From Schmidtea polychroa (Eukaryota), in contig CM097885.1 of the NCBI GenBank assembly GCA_044892525.1, positions 184,512,001-184,576,000 of the forward strand: 64,000 bases of DNA, written 5' to 3'. Every line of letters starts with the position of its first letter. Positions within the stretch are counted from its first letter, which is position 1. Under the pieces are notes generated by a model that ran no database searches, was not told the origin of the DNA, and saw only the letters and a list, made by a program, of their open reading frames with translations. Made by a program: the position numbers and the translations under genes. Of the stretch, positions 32,261 to 42,735 are shown one piece after another.

Positions 32261-32778
32261 TTATAATTATATGCACAATTTCATTATTTTATTATTTGTT
32301 TACACCAAAAACATCTGATAGTTTGTTTCAAATAAAATGTACTTGTCGCCTTAATCAATATTGGTAGGTAAATGGGAAATAAAAACACATTTTCTATGCT
32401 CGCTAGAAAAAGGAGTGATTTATTTTCACTTTGGAGCCCCCTTACTTACCAGTGACGACTGGGGTCTATTCCTTAAATCCGACAGTCACCCCTATTATCA
32501 TTATTATCCATTAATATTATNNNNNNNNNNNNNNNNNNNNNNNNNNNNNNNNNNNNNNNNNNNNNNNNNNNNNNNNNNNNNNNNNNNNNNNNNNNNNNNN
32601 NNNNNNNNNNNNNNNNNNNNNNNNNNNNNNNNNNNNNNNNNNNNNNNNNNNNNNNNNNNNNNNNNNNNNNNNNNNNNNNNNNNNNNNNNNNNNNNNNNNN
32701 NNNNNNNNNNNNNNNNNNNNNNNNNNNNNNNNNNNNNNNNNNNNNNNNNNNNNNNNNNNNNNNNNNNNNNNNNNNNNN

Positions 32779-32945
32779 TCCGCTTAATATCACGGGGTCC
32801 GGCCGATATATAAATGTGATATAAACCGAATGTGCTATTAAGCGAAAAAAAATACTTGTATTATCTACGGTTTTTGTTCAACATCTTGGCGTGATAATAA
32901 GCGTATTGTGATATAAAACGATGTGCTATTAAGCGGATTGTACTG
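32779..32945. mobile_element. Small pogo/Tigger-like MITE (left end in gap)
   Basis: TCCGCTTAATATCAC and GTGCTATTAAGCGGATTGTACTG-TA inverted termini. Confidence 0.6.
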
Positions 32946-35900
32946 TATATGATAATTTAATTGTTTAACATTTAATTAATGCTGCTACCAAGAAATCATC
33001 ACTAAGTACTATTATTACTGTTATCATTATTAATTATTATTACCTTCATTACGAATGATATTTCCAGTGTCATTGTTAATATTGTCATTTAGGGCTTTAT
33101 TAAGCATCATACAAATTGTCCGGGAAACTTTGATCGCCCATGAATATCGTCAGTATTGCCACATATCTAGGGTCGTGACATTTATTAAGTTCACTCTCAG
33201 GAGTGTCGTCTTCGATACCGGTCTTATTAAGGGCAATGTGGTTAATAGAGTTTGTAACAACACCGTCATCTCCATAGCTAAGTAAATCCCCATAGATGAT
33301 AAATGATCCCTTAAATAAAAAATTCTTGTGTTATTCTTAGTTTGGTATTTTGTGTTAGTTTGGTATTTTGTGCAAGTCAGTCACGGCCTGACTCTTTGGT
33401 GTCCTTTTGAAATTAAGTTAAACAACCCAACACAATAATCTTTATTCGAGACTAATACAATTACACTTTTGATTACACTCTTCAATGAAACAACCACAAC
33501 TTTAAACTACTTTTTTGCTATGCACCTTTCAATATTAATCTGAAACTTGCACAGGGATTAATCTTTCTTTCTGGTACACTCGATTCGAAAATATTCAGTT
33601 ATCTCCAAGTTCAATTCTTCTTTGCTTCCTCTTGTTATATTATCTTCGATCTTCTGGCTGCCCTATTTACTCGGCGATCGCTTTTATACCCATCTCGTAA
33701 TTTAATTTTTCCTTGTCAAATTATTTTGGATACATTTTCACCGGGCTTCCTCTTATCTACCCAATTAGATTGAGCAATTTTCTTCTATTTTTGATAGCTT
33801 GCCCCAATTTAATTATTCGTCGGTTGATTAAATTGCCTCTAGCTAATTTGATTGATCATTCGGGTCCTCTCACACTGCTAGGGTTTTCCATTGTCTCAGA
33901 TTTTCCATCAGCCCAGATTTCCCATTAGCTCGGGTTTTCTATTAGCTAATAAATTTTTAATAAATTTTTGTTTTTTGTAATTAATTCCTTCTAGGGACCT
34001 CCTATTGATTTTATTTTATTATATTTGAACGTCTCTTAGTTCGGCATCCGTACATACCAGTTTCTCCGGAAAATATGCATTTTTATTTTTTTTGATTTTT
34101 AATTAAAAATTTATACTTTAAATTATTATTGTGAATTTGGTGTTTTTTATTGATTTTTCACAATATTTTTGTATCTCTCTTGTTGAACCCCAACATAATT
34201 TTCCTCTGAATTTTATTTAATGTAATGTCTTTGAGCTTTGTAAACATTATGACGTCCATAAATTAATCACTCCGGCCTTGCTACTGTTGCGCCAATAAAA
34301 ATGAGGCAATCCTCTTTTGCGACGCGAGAAATGTGCTTCTAGAAGCTACGATTGATCGCTTCGAGGGCACGAAGTTTAGGCTGTCACAAATGAAAGAAGC
34401 CCAGCAAAAGGTTCGTCGACTTATACAGATGTCGGGACAGTCTGATAGACGAAAGTCGGGCCCAACGGAATTTAATCAAAGAGCAGTCTCATGCACTCCA
34501 TTAGATATACACCAAAAGCGAACTTCAACATTGGATTCCCAATCTTCCACTGGTAAAGCTTGCCAATGTGATTCCGGTTTATTACCTGACATACACTGAA
34601 CCATGAGTATGCATGGCTGAGTTCCATTAGTCACGTGGTCATCTGACAACGAATAATTTCTGATTTTCATTAGACATTTAGGTTACTTGATTCTCATAGC
34701 TTTGTTAAATGGATATTGACGAATGTCACTGTTTAGGGGGAGATTTTGTTCTGACAAATGTTTTGAAAATAATGATTCATTGTGAAATCACAAAAAAATT
34801 GTTTGTTACAATAACATTGACGTATTTAATGACTCATTCCTCTCTTCTATAAGGTCGATTATGGCATCATCGCTTTTGTCCCAATGACTTTAACCTATTT
34901 CATGACTTTTTGTTCTGATTTAGAACAAAATTTATTTAAAAACGAGTCACCGTGAGCTCAGATCTGCTTATTCCTGTTTTTGGTGAATTTTACCTTGATA
35001 TATAGAAGTTAAGGAGGGAATGGCCTAAGCAATATGATAGAGAATGTGAAGGTCTGGTGGAACCATTTATTCATGTCATCAAACAAAACAAAAGTGAGAC
35101 CCGCTATTGATTATCAAGTCAAAATGAACAAGAAAATATTTTTAAAAAGTTATTCAAATGTTTAAAAAACACTGCAAAGCTTATTTTTAAAATTCCACAT
35201 TTGTAACAAAAATTTAAAGAAAATTCAAAAATTCAAAATCTATTATTCAATTTACAGACAAACAAAAAATACAATCATATTATTTAAGAAATGATTCAAT
35301 AAAAATATTTATGCTGATTAAAGATAAGGTTAAATAAAGATTAAAACAAATATTAAATAAAAATTGAATCAAAATTAAAACATTTTAAAAAACTCGCTGT
35401 GAGATTTTGTAGTCAAATATAAAATGTTTATTTATTCATCTAGTAAAGTGGTTTGAATAATTATCTGTGTCACGGAGTATGGGTCGCAATTCGATGTGGG
35501 TCGACGATCTTCGAAGTAGCCACATCCATCGGCAGATACTCGGAATGGAATACGGACCGATACACTGCGGTTTCCTACTCCTAAAATTACAAGAATTGTT
35601 TTATTCGATTCAACAAGACATCGAAATGAAATTACTGAAGAAAACTTGTCAATGGAACTAGTTTCAAGACGGCCAATTAATCTTCTCTTGTTATCTTCAC
35701 CTTTGTGTGGATCATATGCATAAATGTGTTCCATGTATTTTTTAGATAATATTTCTATTGCTTCCTATATATATCTAATTATATCAATAAAAGTTTTCCC
35801 CGAATACATTATATTTTATCTAGAATTTGATAAATCTGGAATTTAGTTAATCGAAAATAACATTGAAAGAGAATTTGGAAAATAGATGGAGAACATTGAT

Positions 35901-37731
35901 CAACATTTCATAGAAATGGATTTTCTGAACATATTGAGCCTGTTTATTATTATCACTATTACAATAATTATGTTATCACTAGTTGGGGTACCCGGCGTTG
36001 CACGATTTAAAAAATAGTAAACAGATTCAAAATAAAGAAATTTATTTCAATTCATTCATTAAAAAAAAATAATTTAAAAAATACATAAAAATTTAATTAA
36101 AAAAAGTACATGTAATTTCTATATCACTCATGATAAAGCTTGTCGATAGACTATATTTTTCGTTTTCCTTCTGGTGAAAAAATGAAAAGATTTCTTGGTG
36201 ACCCAACTCTAGAACATGCCACATATAGCTGTCCATGGGCAAATATGCTTCCTCAAGTACAATACCTGCCACTTTTAAAGACTGTCCCTATGCCTTGTTG
36301 ATAGACATGGCAAATGCAAGCCTGATTGGAAATTGGAGGCGCTTGAAATTAAAAAGCATATCTGTTGGTATGAGTGGAATTCTTGGGATGAAGACATCTT
36401 CTACTTTGGCGCAGCCTGTCAAAATTGCGGCTTCTATTACATTAGGTAAGAGATTCTAGATGCTAAATTGTGTTCCATTGCATAGTTTAGGGGATCCAAA
36501 TTTCTCAGAAGTATGATAGGAGCTTCAATTTTAAGTTCCAAGTTGTGTGAAGGCATGCCAGGAGGCTCCAATAAATTCAAAAACTCTGTTGGATAATAAA
36601 TAGCTTGGGACGGATCTGTAACCGTATCAATTGATTTGTAGGTTTGTTGGGGTTCAGTAGGAACCGGAAATGAACGTTCGAAATTAGATAATAAATAAAA
36701 TAATAATTAATTACCAAAATTAGGATTAAAATAAAAATAGTATTTTAAAATTACCAAAAATAGAAAGTAAATACTAAAATTAAAACTAAAATATAATTGG
36801 TAATAAATAATTACTAAAAATAGAATTATAGAAATTATTTAAAATATATAATAAAAATAGTAATTAAACAATTACTATTAATAGAATTACGTAAAATAAA
36901 TTAGTATAAATAATAGATAAAAATTAGAAGGAAGGACGAAGTGAGAAGGCAGAAAACCGCAGTGTCTGAAATTAGAGAAGAAGAAGTCAATTCTATTTTT
37001 AGCAACCAACTAATTCTCGTCAAGTTTTGGAATTTTGGGAAATTTGGTTTTATCGTAAACTAATTTTCGGCGAAGTGACAGTTGGCATAATTTTCATCGA
37101 TTAAAGGAAAATTTAGTTTTGGAATTTTGGGAATTTAGTCTTATCGACAATCTAATTGAAGAATTTGTATTGGAAATATTGGATCGAAAGCTAATTTTGT
37201 GGATTATCTATTATAACGTTATTTGGTAAAGATATTAAATCAGTTAGTATTTATCATTATTTAAATAGTTATAAGTAATTTTCAAATCGGTTTATATTTT
37301 AACAAATTAAAGTAATTTCAAATAAGGGATATCATAACGTCAGCACGTATTTTTGTGTTGTGTCGTTATCAATAATTATTTGAAAAGAGTTAACCAATTT
37401 CTGGGTTAACTCTATAGCGAAAATTTTGGTGATTGTCCCGTTCTCTTTTTCCTTTCACCTATATCGGGCTGTTGGCGCATTTAGGGCCAGCCTTGATACT
37501 TAGTAACACTCTTCAGGGCGGTTTGAATAACCGTTTTCTATACTTAGAGAAAGCAGCGTGGTGTACCTATATATATATATATTTAAACGTGTGAATAATC
37601 TTTTAATTGAAAAATAAATATTTAAATCATATTTCTTGTTTATTTATACCTACGCGCATAAATTATTTACGTGGAGTCAGATAGAACATTTTTGTGTTAG
37701 TTCGAAGACATACCCATCGAACCTAACATTT

Positions 37732-37749
37732 TGGTGAGCCCGACGTGAT
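37732..37749 (+). promoter_or_regulatory. Primer-binding site complementary to tRNA-Trp
   Basis: TGGTGAGCCCGACGTGAT; complement ATCACGTCGGGCTCACCA matches the metazoan tRNA-Trp 3' end (ATCACGTCGGGGTCACCA) at 17/18. Confidence 0.85.
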
Positions 37750-37827
37750 TAAATTATCAGCGGGTATATATTGAATTAAAACAAAATAGCGTTAGGAACT
37801 AGAGCCAGAGTAAAACTGGAAAATCAA

Positions 37828-40800
37828 ATGGCAGAGGAAGCTAATGTAAATGCATTTGCCAGATATCCCGCTCTGCCCGTAAAGGCATTCAGCGGTGATC
37901 CGGGAGAATTCCCAGAGTTTATGTCTGAATATTATCAGATGGCCAAAGCATACGCCTATCCAGATAATATCATGATACAAAGGCTGCCTATATATTTGAA
38001 GGGGCTGGCAAGAGAAAAATATAATGACATTATGGCATTACCAGTTGCTCAAGTACCGAAAACATGGGCCGAAATGAGAGAACAAATGACTGCTCGAATA
38101 TTGCCCGGAGATGCGGGAAGAATATTTAGACAACAATTTTACCATCGAAAACAGAATGCCAATGAACATGTGGGGGAATTTGCACACCAGCTATCTTTAA
38201 TTGCTGAAAGAGCATTTGGACCAAAAACCACATGGGCAAAGCCAACAGAATTGTTAGTTAAGGATCAGCTATGGGCAGGACTTACTCCTACAATGAGGAA
38301 CGCGCTAATATTACATACTAGCGACGATTTTGACGAATTGACACGGAAAGCTGTCGTAATTGAAAGCAGCTTGGAAAAGTCAACCATGTTCCTGGTAAAC
38401 AGTGAAAGAACACCGGTAGAGTGTTTCAATTGCCATAGAAAAGGGCATATAGCGAAAGATTGTACCAGTAGGAAAATTATGGACAATCGTAAAAGTATAC
38501 AATGTACCAAATGTGGACGGAATAACCACAGTGCGGAGAATTGTAGAGTGCAGAATTTGCAATGCGAAAAATGTAAGCGAAAGGGACATGTTGCTGCGGT
38601 CTGCAAGACTAGAAGTCCTCAGAACAGCAATAATTTTAGTACAATCAGAAGAGATGATGTAAATTCATCAGGAAAGATAAAATGTCACGGATGTGGGAAA
38701 TTCGGACATATGATGAGGTCATGTCCTCAGAACCAGAGTGGAAACACGAGTCAGTTCAATAAAAATACCGATAAGGGTAATGTGAACAAGTCTAAGACAA
38801 CTTTCATGGTTAACCAGGATCAAGGGTTAACGTATCTGCAACAACTGGAAATGGAAATCCAGGAAGAAAAGAATAGGTTGGCTAGATTGACCGACCAAGA
38901 AGGCACCATCTTCATGGTAGAAGTTGGAAGAGATGAGTATCTCAGAAAAAAGGACTCCGTTAGAGAGGACCTTCAGGAAACGGAATCAGAGGAGAGTTCC
39001 GATGATGAACCTAGTATGGCCACCATACTAAGCGAGTTCGATAGAACCTTGACAGGGAAAGCAAAGGTAAAAGAAGGGTCAGATACCCTAACAAAATGTT
39101 TAAAACTGGTGGATTCCAGATATGAGTACCAGCAGAAGCTGGCCAGACAATTGGGAAAATTGGGAGAAACAGAAATTAAAATTCACGAAATCGATACAGT
39201 AGTAAAACTGATATCGCAGGTCGAAGATGATCCAAAGTATCATAACGACACGTACAAAATCCTAAGGAAATTAGGAAAACTTTTGGAACATGAGTGGGAT
39301 CTCCAAGATGCCCAGCTCAATATAAAACTCCCACAGGATAAAGAGTATAACCTCGATATAAATGTAAGAAGTCGAGCCGATAAATTAACGGAAACATTGA
39401 CAAGTATTAAGCATCAAGGATATGACTTATACTTATGTGGAATAAAATTAGAAGCAAACCAAACACTTCTACAGAACGGGATACTCCCAGGTAGAGTGAC
39501 GAAGCTCACAGCAAAGAGAGCACCAAAGCCAGTGGCAGTAATGGATCAAGATAGCGTATTCTTGATTACTCAGATGGAAATCGAGAGATTGGAGGAAACT
39601 CAACAATTAACCCAGCGACTAGGGTTGGAATTGCAGAAATCCCCACGAGATGGTGAAACTATAAAGGAAATACTGGACTGGATGTTAGTATTACGAATAC
39701 CAGTAGATTTATTGGAAGCAATAATTCCACTTATACTACCAGTGGTAAAGGAAACAAGCCCATTTCAGACGCAAATTGAAGCGCTGATGAGGAAAAATGG
39801 GAAAGCTATCCGAAGTCAGCCTGATAGACAAGGCAACATTAATCTAGACGTGCGAATGATGGGAAAAGAACCATTAACAATGATTTATAATTGCTATATC
39901 AAGGTTAAAATATTGAGGAGAGATGTAATTGCCACCGATCAAACTACAGGTATATTCCTGATAATGGTCCATGGCAGGCAAGTGGATGACGATGAATATT
40001 TAGTGGATGTGGGTTGTCTACCGCTGGCAACAACCACGGTAATGATCATCCCAGTAACTCCACCAGAGTCCCAGTGGTCATTAATGAGACTGCCAGATAT
40101 AGCAAACCAAATTGCGGAAGAAATTGAGGAAATAAGACTAGAGGAAATTAATCCCTGTCAAATGGTGGACATTGACGAGCAAGATTACTTCTCAGAATAC
40201 ATCAGATTAAACCCAGGAGAAACAAACGTAGGAGCTACTACGTCACAAGCAGTAACAAATCTGGAGAATGAAAAACCTCCGGAGAAAGTGAAAAAAGATG
40301 CACGAGGACGTCCTAGAAAGGATCAGATGAAACCTCCACCCAAGGAGCAGTTAAATCCGGAAACGATTCGGAAAATTCAGTTAAAAACATTAGCAGGGAT
40401 AGCTCAAGAAATGGACGACCAGGCGGGAGATGAGACAACAGCAGAAAGGTCGTTATTGTGGCAACGTATACAACAAATGATCGGGATTATCAGGCCCGAA
40501 TGGAGAATTCCAAAAATCAAGGGGATCGAAGTAAAGAAAATAACAAAAGAGGTCAAGAAGACAATGGACAGAGTATCCAAAGATGTAACAACAAGAGATA
40601 CCCAGGATGTCATAGAAGCATTCGTGCAGCAAGGGTTAACAAGAGGGAAAGTGGTAACATCTTTATCATTGTTAATTCAAAATGCCTTGGCCCGGATAGG
40701 GGATGATAAAAGGCTTATAGAACGAGAAATCGATCAAATAGTCGAAATGGTAGATTATTACCTGGAGGTATGGATGACCGTAAACAAATTTTGGGAAAAA

Positions 40801-42483
40801 GAAACGATTCCAAAACCACGATTTGAAGTCGTAGAAGAAGCCATAAATAATGGTAGTCCAGGCACAGGAAACATGACAAGCATGATCTTGATGTTCCTAG
40901 TGATGATGGGCATATTAAAACAAACAAATTCATTAACAGTATTTGACTGTGGAAACCCTAAACTATCTCGGGTATATTCGCTAGTAGATGCAATTGAGTG
41001 CAAAGAGGCGTATCCCGAGAAGGTTCATCAAGGGGAAAAGGTAGAATATTATGTCTACCAAGAGAGTGAATTTTATAGAACCACGATAAAGGAATGTAGA
41101 GTTCAGAGAGCTACGTTCGAATATTATTGCGGTAGTAATAGCTATTCTGCTTTTCTATCCGCAACATTAATACCAAGGCCGGTAAACATAATGCCCGAAG
41201 ATTGCTTAGATGCATTTCGAAAAGGAAGTGTGAGGATAGACAACGAGGTATCAATTTCAGCAGAAATTGGGAAAACCTTGGGAATAACAATCACCCGAGG
41301 AGGAACAATCGCTTCAGACGGAACATGCGAAGGTAGAAAGAAAATTAGCGGTAGCAATTTAGTTTCCTATGTGGTAGACATAGAAGATTACTCAGTGGAG
41401 CTACGAGAATACGAGGGAACATTCGATGGGGCCACAGGAAAATTGATGGCACATCCGCAATGCAATGCCAAGTTCGGTAGTTGTAAAACGGGAACCACTA
41501 CGTTAATTTACGAACAAATGAGAGATCATTGTGAGTTGGCTTTCCTCAAGAAAATTCCTTTTAGAAAATTAAATGGAACTAAATATCGGGACTCCCAGAA
41601 TCCAGAAAAGGTTTGGGATAAAGCAAAAACGTTGAAGAAAATCAACAAACAAGAGAAGGAAGATATCGGAGAGGAAAACACACCTCTAGTATTGATATCG
41701 GAAGACAAGACGGAAGCAATTCGATTTGTCCGAAAAGATAAAAGGACTAAATGTGGGAAAAGAGTATACGAGACGAACTACAAAGGAATTTTCCTGTCCA
41801 GAGAATATATCCGGAATTCCAAGGTCCTACATGTAAAGGATATCAAAATCACGAATTATATAAATAATAAGGTAGATTATTTATATCATGATCTGCAAGG
41901 ACAAATGCAAGATATGTATCAAGAAGTGATACTAAACGATTGTAAGCTAAATCGTGAAATAGTCCGAAATAGATTAGCAATATCTATCGTTAACCCAGAG
42001 TTGGTTACTCCAATGTTATTGGAAGATGGAATGTTTGGCAGAATCATGGGAGAAGCTATATATAGCTATGAGTGTAAACCAGTTGAAGTACAATTAGCCA
42101 GATTTAATCAATGCACTCTAGAACTGCCAGTATCTTACCAAGGAAAATTGAGATTTGTTATGCCAGTAACCAGAAAGTTACTTGAGGAAAACGCTAAACC
42201 TCAACCAGCTATATGCAACCCGGCAATATCACCATTATACAAAATAAATGACATGTGGATATCTCTGCCGGAAAGAAAACCATCTACACAACGGGTAGAG
42301 ACCTTGGAAGTGACTAAATTAAAAGATAATCTGGAATTCAAGTCACTAGATGAATTAGCAAAAGGAGGGATCTATACTCCCGACGATATCGAGGAAGCAA
42401 GGAGGACATTGCTATTCCCACACATCAGAGACAGAGGTATCACGGAAATTATAAGAACAATTTATCATGATAATTTGATATGA
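37828..42483 (+). CDS. gag: ORF1 of element 2: Gag (4 CCHC knuckles) + accessory region + signal segment + chuvirus-like glycoprotein ectodomain
   Basis: Retrotransposon-Gag-like N-term (FSGDPGEFPEF..YLKGLAREKY), CFNCHRKGHIAKDC etc.; Cys-rich ectodomain beginning LTVFDC; ends at a single TGA in frame with ORF2. Confidence 0.9.
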   Translation: MAEEANVNAFARYPALPVKAFSGDPGEFPEFMSEYYQMAKAYAYPDNIMIQRLPIYLKGLAREKYNDIMALPVAQVPKTWAEMREQMTARILPGDAGRIFRQQFYHRKQNANEHVGEFAHQLSLIAERAFGPKTTWAKPTELLVKDQLWAGLTPTMRNALILHTSDDFDELTRKAVVIESSLEKSTMFLVNSERTPVECFNCHRKGHIAKDCTSRKIMDNRKSIQCTKCGRNNHSAENCRVQNLQCEKCKRKGHVAAVCKTRSPQNSNNFSTIRRDDVNSSGKIKCHGCGKFGHMMRSCPQNQSGNTSQFNKNTDKGNVNKSKTTFMVNQDQGLTYLQQLEMEIQEEKNRLARLTDQEGTIFMVEVGRDEYLRKKDSVREDLQETESEESSDDEPSMATILSEFDRTLTGKAKVKEGSDTLTKCLKLVDSRYEYQQKLARQLGKLGETEIKIHEIDTVVKLISQVEDDPKYHNDTYKILRKLGKLLEHEWDLQDAQLNIKLPQDKEYNLDINVRSRADKLTETLTSIKHQGYDLYLCGIKLEANQTLLQNGILPGRVTKLTAKRAPKPVAVMDQDSVFLITQMEIERLEETQQLTQRLGLELQKSPRDGETIKEILDWMLVLRIPVDLLEAIIPLILPVVKETSPFQTQIEALMRKNGKAIRSQPDRQGNINLDVRMMGKEPLTMIYNCYIKVKILRRDVIATDQTTGIFLIMVHGRQVDDDEYLVDVGCLPLATTTVMIIPVTPPESQWSLMRLPDIANQIAEEIEEIRLEEINPCQMVDIDEQDYFSEYIRLNPGETNVGATTSQAVTNLENEKPPEKVKKDARGRPRKDQMKPPPKEQLNPETIRKIQLKTLAGIAQEMDDQAGDETTAERSLLWQRIQQMIGIIRPEWRIPKIKGIEVKKITKEVKKTMDRVSKDVTTRDTQDVIEAFVQQGLTRGKVVTSLSLLIQNALARIGDDKRLIEREIDQIVEMVDYYLEVWMTVNKFWEKETIPKPRFEVVEEAINNGSPGTGNMTSMILMFLVMMGILKQTNSLTVFDCGNPKLSRVYSLVDAIECKEAYPEKVHQGEKVEYYVYQESEFYRTTIKECRVQRATFEYYCGSNSYSAFLSATLIPRPVNIMPEDCLDAFRKGSVRIDNEVSISAEIGKTLGITITRGGTIASDGTCEGRKKISGSNLVSYVVDIEDYSVELREYEGTFDGATGKLMAHPQCNAKFGSCKTGTTTLIYEQMRDHCELAFLKKIPFRKLNGTKYRDSQNPEKVWDKAKTLKKINKQEKEDIGEENTPLVLISEDKTEAIRFVRKDKRTKCGKRVYETNYKGIFLSREYIRNSKVLHVKDIKITNYINNKVDYLYHDLQGQMQDMYQEVILNDCKLNREIVRNRLAISIVNPELVTPMLLEDGMFGRIMGEAIYSYECKPVEVQLARFNQCTLELPVSYQGKLRFVMPVTRKLLEENAKPQPAICNPAISPLYKINDMWISLPERKPSTQRVETLEVTKLKDNLEFKSLDELAKGGIYTPDDIEEARRTLLFPHIRDRGITEIIRTIYHDNLI

Positions 42484-42735
42484 CCAGATTACAATTTATT
42501 ATTTGGACCGGAACACTATAAAGAAGCAGCAAAGAACGTAATGATGAAAATATGGGGACGATTTACCAATTTTGGTATTTTCGTCGCGGGATGTTCAGGA
42601 ATTTACGCAATATTTGTAATTTTAAAGCTGATAATTACACAACTGATGTCAACATATAGCATATTCAAAATTGGAGGATGGTCATGGAAACTGCTATTAG
42701 GACTATGTCCTATGTGTGCAGAGTTTGCATTATTC
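40873..42735 (+). CDS. env: Env-like class III fusion glycoprotein (Jingchuvirales/chuvirus G-like), spanning the ORF1/ORF2 stop
   Basis: Signal-like MILMFLVMMGILKQTNS, VFDC, ECRV..YYCG, DCL, DGTCEG, CKLNREIVRNRL, GMFGRIMGEAIYSYECKPV, CTLELPVSY, FVMPVTRKL, GGIYTPDDIE, KIWGRFTNFG + TM, GWSW..LG; this motif order matches chuvirus G as I recall it (not database-verified). Confidence 0.8.

Noticed and set aside
33050-35760. LTR-like and LINE-like fragments (TGTCACG starts, ORFs 34333-34599 and 35432-35734)
   Set aside because: No paired termini, TSD or recognisable domain; left unannotated
39090-39790. Possible TFIIS-N-like helical repeats in ORF1
   Set aside because: Only a vague hydrophobic pattern, lacking the diagnostic T.IG motif; cannot be supported
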